Assembly (NCBI GenBank): GCA_045597415.1
Contig: JAZLKD010000006.1
Span: 4,802-68,801, forward strand
Reading direction: 5' to 3'
DNA from: Treponema sp.
GTDB taxonomy: Bacteria; Spirochaetota; Spirochaetia; Treponematales; Treponemataceae
DNA: 64,000 bases
The translations under genes and the position numbers were made by a program. Below, piece after piece: positions 60,699 to 64,000 of the stretch. The notes beneath the pieces are model-generated. The model was given only the letters and a program-made list of their open reading frames with translations, made no database searches and was not told where the DNA came from. Each line of letters opens with the position of its first letter. Positions within the stretch are counted from its first letter, which is position 1.

Positions 60699-61593
60699 TT
60701 TTTGTTCGTTTTACAGTACCTGCGGCAGGATTAACAGTTACAAGAGTTGCAGTTCTGTCGTAAAGAAAACTTGCTACGACAGTTTCTGTAAGCTTGCCGT
60801 AGTTTTTTTCTTCAGCCTTGTGCGTATGTCCGCCAAAAACCTGTTTGACGTTTGTTTCACCGCATACAGACATAAGTCTTCCAGAAAGAAGCGTATCCTG
60901 GGTTTCAAGAACAATTTTTCCGGCACCATAAACAGGATAGTGTGTGATTATGATTTTTGGACTGGAATTTTTCTTCAATTCTTTTTCTATGCTTTTGAGC
61001 TGATTGATTCCCATTGTGCCGTTGGCCGTATCAAGGACATAGTAGGAAAATCCGCCGGCTTCAAAGCCATAATATGTATGATAAGGGAATACATGTTTTT
61101 CCCAGTAGCGGTATCCGTTGTGAAAGAGATCGTGATTGCCGATGGCAGTATAAAGTTTAAAATCTTCGATTCCAAGTTTTGAGTTACCAATCTGACAGAT
61201 TTTATCGCAGTAAGAAACATATTTTTCATACTGGTGCTCATATCCGTCATTTGCACTGTCCCCCATGCAGACAACAAAGCGGGGTTTTATTGAATCATTC
61301 GCATCATATAAAGCTTCAAATTTTTTAAGAAAAGCTTCCCTGTAGTTTTTTGAAGCAGATTCATTTTCCCATGCTGAACCGACGTGAATGTCTGTAAAAA
61401 TTACAAAACTGTAAGTTCCTGTATGAGACGCAAAAGCACTTTCCGGAGAAAGGTAAGACTGGTCGTTAAAGTAGGTTTCTGCACGCTTGTCGACTTTTTC
61501 TTCGCCAAAGAGAATCGGATAAAAACCGCCGCTGCAGCCGGAGATTAAAAGCAGGAGTATACTAAAAAATGTCAGCAATTTAAGTTTTTTCAA
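60688..61593 (-). CDS. Calcineurin-like metallophosphoesterase lipoprotein
   Basis: Lipobox ISGC; DIH, GD, GNHD, GHTH motifs. Confidence 0.85.
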   Translation of the reverse strand: MKKLKLLTFFSILLLLISGCSGGFYPILFGEEKVDKRAETYFNDQSYLSPESAFASHTGTYSFVIFTDIHVGSAWENESASKNYREAFLKKFEALYDANDSIKPRFVVCMGDSANDGYEHQYEKYVSYCDKICQIGNSKLGIEDFKLYTAIGNHDLFHNGYRYWEKHVFPYHTYYGFEAGGFSYYVLDTANGTMGINQLKSIEKELKKNSSPKIIITHYPVYGAGKIVLETQDTLLSGRLMSVCGETNVKQVFGGHTHKAEEKNYGKLTETVVASFLYDRTATLVTVNPAAGTVKRTKINF

Positions 61594-62303
61594 AATGAGT
61601 ATTTCACTCCTGATCTGAAAACAATCATGTCTGCGTAAGGGGCAGTTGTAAATTCATCACAGACCCGCACCTGAACTGCTGCAGAATAGCGCCATGATTT
61701 GTAATTGTAAGCCCCTTCAAGAATCCAGCTCGGACTCAAAAAAAGAGGAAAACGGAATTTGTCATGGCTGGCGTAGGAAAAAAGAATTTCTGCTCCATTT
61801 TTGAATAATTTTGAAAATGTAAGGGAAGCCATGATAGTGTGCCATCTGTTTCGCAGATTGAGCCCGTCATTCCACTGGGATTTAAAATGGTAGCCGCTTG
61901 TACAGCTGAACCTGTAGTTCAGTGGAAAATCTATGGCAAAACATGTGCCGGCTATAAGATCATATTCGGTGAGAATGTCGAAGTAGCGCAGGCAGTGAAG
62001 GTTTCCGCAAAGGCCGTAGCTTAAGTCCATGTATTTAAAATCCTGAAAAATGAACCAGCTTTCATTGGAATATGTAAAGTCGAAAAAACTGCTGTTGATT
62101 TTAAACGCAAAATCAAAGTTGTTGTTTTCAAAATCAAAACCGTAGGCAGCATCTGCACTTATCAGAGTATCTTCAACACTTCTTTCAGTTTTGGAAATTC
62201 CGCCTTCAACATACTGGTTAAATTTTAATCCTGAAAAAAAAGACTGTGAGAAAATATTTGCGGATAATACTGCACAAAAAACGGCGCATGTTAATTTTTT
62301 CAT
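61590..62303 (-). CDS. Hypothetical exported protein, possibly an outer-membrane beta-barrel
   Basis: Signal peptide; aromatic alternating strands; ends GVKYSF. Confidence 0.6.
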   Translation of the reverse strand: MKKLTCAVFCAVLSANIFSQSFFSGLKFNQYVEGGISKTERSVEDTLISADAAYGFDFENNNFDFAFKINSSFFDFTYSNESWFIFQDFKYMDLSYGLCGNLHCLRYFDILTEYDLIAGTCFAIDFPLNYRFSCTSGYHFKSQWNDGLNLRNRWHTIMASLTFSKLFKNGAEILFSYASHDKFRFPLFLSPSWILEGAYNYKSWRYSAAVQVRVCDEFTTAPYADMIVFRSGVKYSF

Positions 62304-63316
62304 TATCGGGCCTTGTGCATCCATGTAAGTTCGTGTTTGTTGTAGTTGAGGTGAACGACTTTACTGTCTGGAATATCTGCAAATTTCTGAACCAGCTGCC
62401 AGTCAATGTCGCCCTGCATTTTTATTGTACAGATCATGTTTTTGACCTTGCCGCTTTCAAGCCACACATTAATCCATTCATACAGACGTTCAGGATAACA
62501 GATTACATCGCTGAAAACCCAGTCCATTTCCCCGATTTCTTCAGGTTTGAGGGTAAAGGCATCATGGGCCATAAAAGTTACATGAGGATCATTCATCAAA
62601 GATTCTGTAAGTTCTGCGCGGTCAACGGCTATAACATCAGCACCAAGCTGCCTCAAGACCCATGTCCATCCGCCTGGACAGGCTCCGGCTTCAAAACATT
62701 TGTCGCCTTCTTTAGGAAAATCAACTTCAAAAAAAGCATGATAGAGGGAAAGACTTTCCTGAATTTTAAGATATGCCCTGCTTGGAGGATTTACATGATC
62801 TTCTTCCCAGATAACCCGGCCGGCAGCAACCGGTGAAGTAGTCGAAGGAGAGCAGATCATGGTATTTTCGTCGATAAGAGTAAAAAGTCCCATTGGAGAA
62901 CTTGTAGGAATGTTCAGCGGAAATTTTCTTGGTTTCAGGTTCAGATGAGGAAGTTTTTCCTGAATGAAATTTGCCCTTCTGAAACACTGATACTGATAAG
63001 GAGCCCAGTTGCGCTGCATGTCCCGCAGGGCCTGAGCTGCTTCTCCGTTGGATTCAAAGTGAATGATCTGAGGTTCAAGCATTACAGTGCAGGCCCAGTA
63101 CGGATATTCAGTTTTGTCCCAGTCCCTCAGGTAGAGAAGGTCGCCGTACCACTTGATGTCGTGATCTCCGGCAACAAATGTGGATCCGCTGATTGTTGCG
63201 GCCGTTCTTGTTGAGCCGTATCCGAATCTGCCGGCAAGTTCTGAGGTTAAAAGATTTTTCATTTCCGGAAATGCCAGCATTGCAACTCCCGGTAATTTTT
63301 CTATACGAACTGGCAT
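62303..63316 (-). CDS. RlmM/FtsJ-like SAM-dependent RNA methyltransferase
   Basis: PPSRAYLKIQE, EAGACPGGWTWVL, AVDRA, SDVICYP. Confidence 0.8.
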   Translation of the reverse strand: MPVRIEKLPGVAMLAFPEMKNLLTSELAGRFGYGSTRTAATISGSTFVAGDHDIKWYGDLLYLRDWDKTEYPYWACTVMLEPQIIHFESNGEAAQALRDMQRNWAPYQYQCFRRANFIQEKLPHLNLKPRKFPLNIPTSSPMGLFTLIDENTMICSPSTTSPVAAGRVIWEEDHVNPPSRAYLKIQESLSLYHAFFEVDFPKEGDKCFEAGACPGGWTWVLRQLGADVIAVDRAELTESLMNDPHVTFMAHDAFTLKPEEIGEMDWVFSDVICYPERLYEWINVWLESGKVKNMICTIKMQGDIDWQLVQKFADIPDSKVVHLNYNKHELTWMHKAR

Positions 63317-63675
63317 GATGTATCTTCTATTATTGGCTGTGTTAAATCTCTGTCGTGAGAAAGTATTTTAATGTACGATTCCAGCCGGGTTGTGTCTTTT
63401 GAATGGAGGAATGCAAATCCAATTTCTGTAGTTCCGTCTACTGTGCGTGACCATTGTGGTTTGCAGAGAAGTTCCAGTGTTTCAAGATTTTCCCGGGAAA
63501 GTCTTACGGTTATTTCATATTCATTGTCAGGATCAAAGGAAACAGGCATGTTGAAAGTAACTTTACAGCCTTTAAGACTGATGTCTTCGAGAATTCCAGA
63601 TGCTAAACACAATTCCTGACAGTCAACCCTTCCAAAATCCTGAAAGCGTTCTGTCGTACGGTTTTCAATTCCCAT
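63301..63675 (-). CDS. PilZ-domain protein
   Basis: RTTER...DISLKG (RxxxR / DxSxxG). Confidence 0.8.
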   Translation of the reverse strand: MGIENRTTERFQDFGRVDCQELCLASGILEDISLKGCKVTFNMPVSFDPDNEYEITVRLSRENLETLELLCKPQWSRTVDGTTEIGFAFLHSKDTTRLESYIKILSHDRDLTQPIIEDTSCQFV

Positions 63676-63685
63676 CTTTTGTCCG

Positions 63686-64000
63686 TTATCTTCCACTGTT
63701 GCGGATCTGACCTTCTACAAAATCCGGGTCTTTCTGACGAACAAGAGTTCCTTCTTCAATTTCCAGAGGAGTGTAGATTGCACAGTCATGGTCTGCATTT
63801 ACCCAGTCAAGCATTTCAGCAGTTTTTGGGTTGATGAATTCATATTCTGAACCAAGAACGTTGCGGCTGAGAACTGAAGGAGAAACAAATTCAAGGTCAG
63901 AACCGGCATCAATTTTGTTAAGTGCTTTGTATTCGTAGATTTTCCATCCGGCTTTGCGTTCTGCAATCCTGATTTTCTTTTCCGGATGCTGCTCTTCGTC
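63686..64000 (-). CDS. C-terminal fragment of a protein running off the window, possibly U32-family
   Basis: Open frame ...YKALNKIDAGSDLEFVSP...LVRQKD...SGR-stop; family assignment is weak. Confidence 0.45.
   Translation of the reverse strand, partial: DEEQHPEKKIRIAERKAGWKIYEYKALNKIDAGSDLEFVSPSVLSRNVLGSEYEFINPKTAEMLDWVNADHDCAIYTPLEIEEGTLVRQKDPDFVEGQIRNSGR

Overview
AT-rich bacterial chromosomal window, most likely from a gut or rumen Treponema. This is inferred from the spirochaete-type ribosomal gene order (no adk/map/infA after secY, no rpsD before rpoA), many lipoproteins and soluble chemoreceptors. Bases 1-8.6 kb hold the end of the S10/spc/alpha ribosomal cluster. Housekeeping genes follow (tkt, lgt, S41 protease, rsmE, murA, pepT, pdxST, fabD/G/F/Z, rel), with two unusual soluble chemoreceptors, two type II PIN toxin-antitoxin pairs, many palindromic intergenic repeats and a 3756-aa secreted protein. 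The highlight is an accessory block splitting the fab cluster. It carries a complete diversity-generating retroelement: avd, template repeat 39733-39852, reverse transcriptase, and a lipoprotein target with variable repeat 41858-41977 (21 of 23 differences are at TR adenines), followed by a GAA-loop hairpin. Next to it is an unannotated type I toxin-antitoxin-like locus (33-aa hydrophobic peptide plus convergent sRNA). The DGR and this TA locus are bracketed by a 58-bp direct repeat, suggesting an excisable, addiction-stabilised hypermutation cassette (inference). All calls come from manual reading; no database searches were run.
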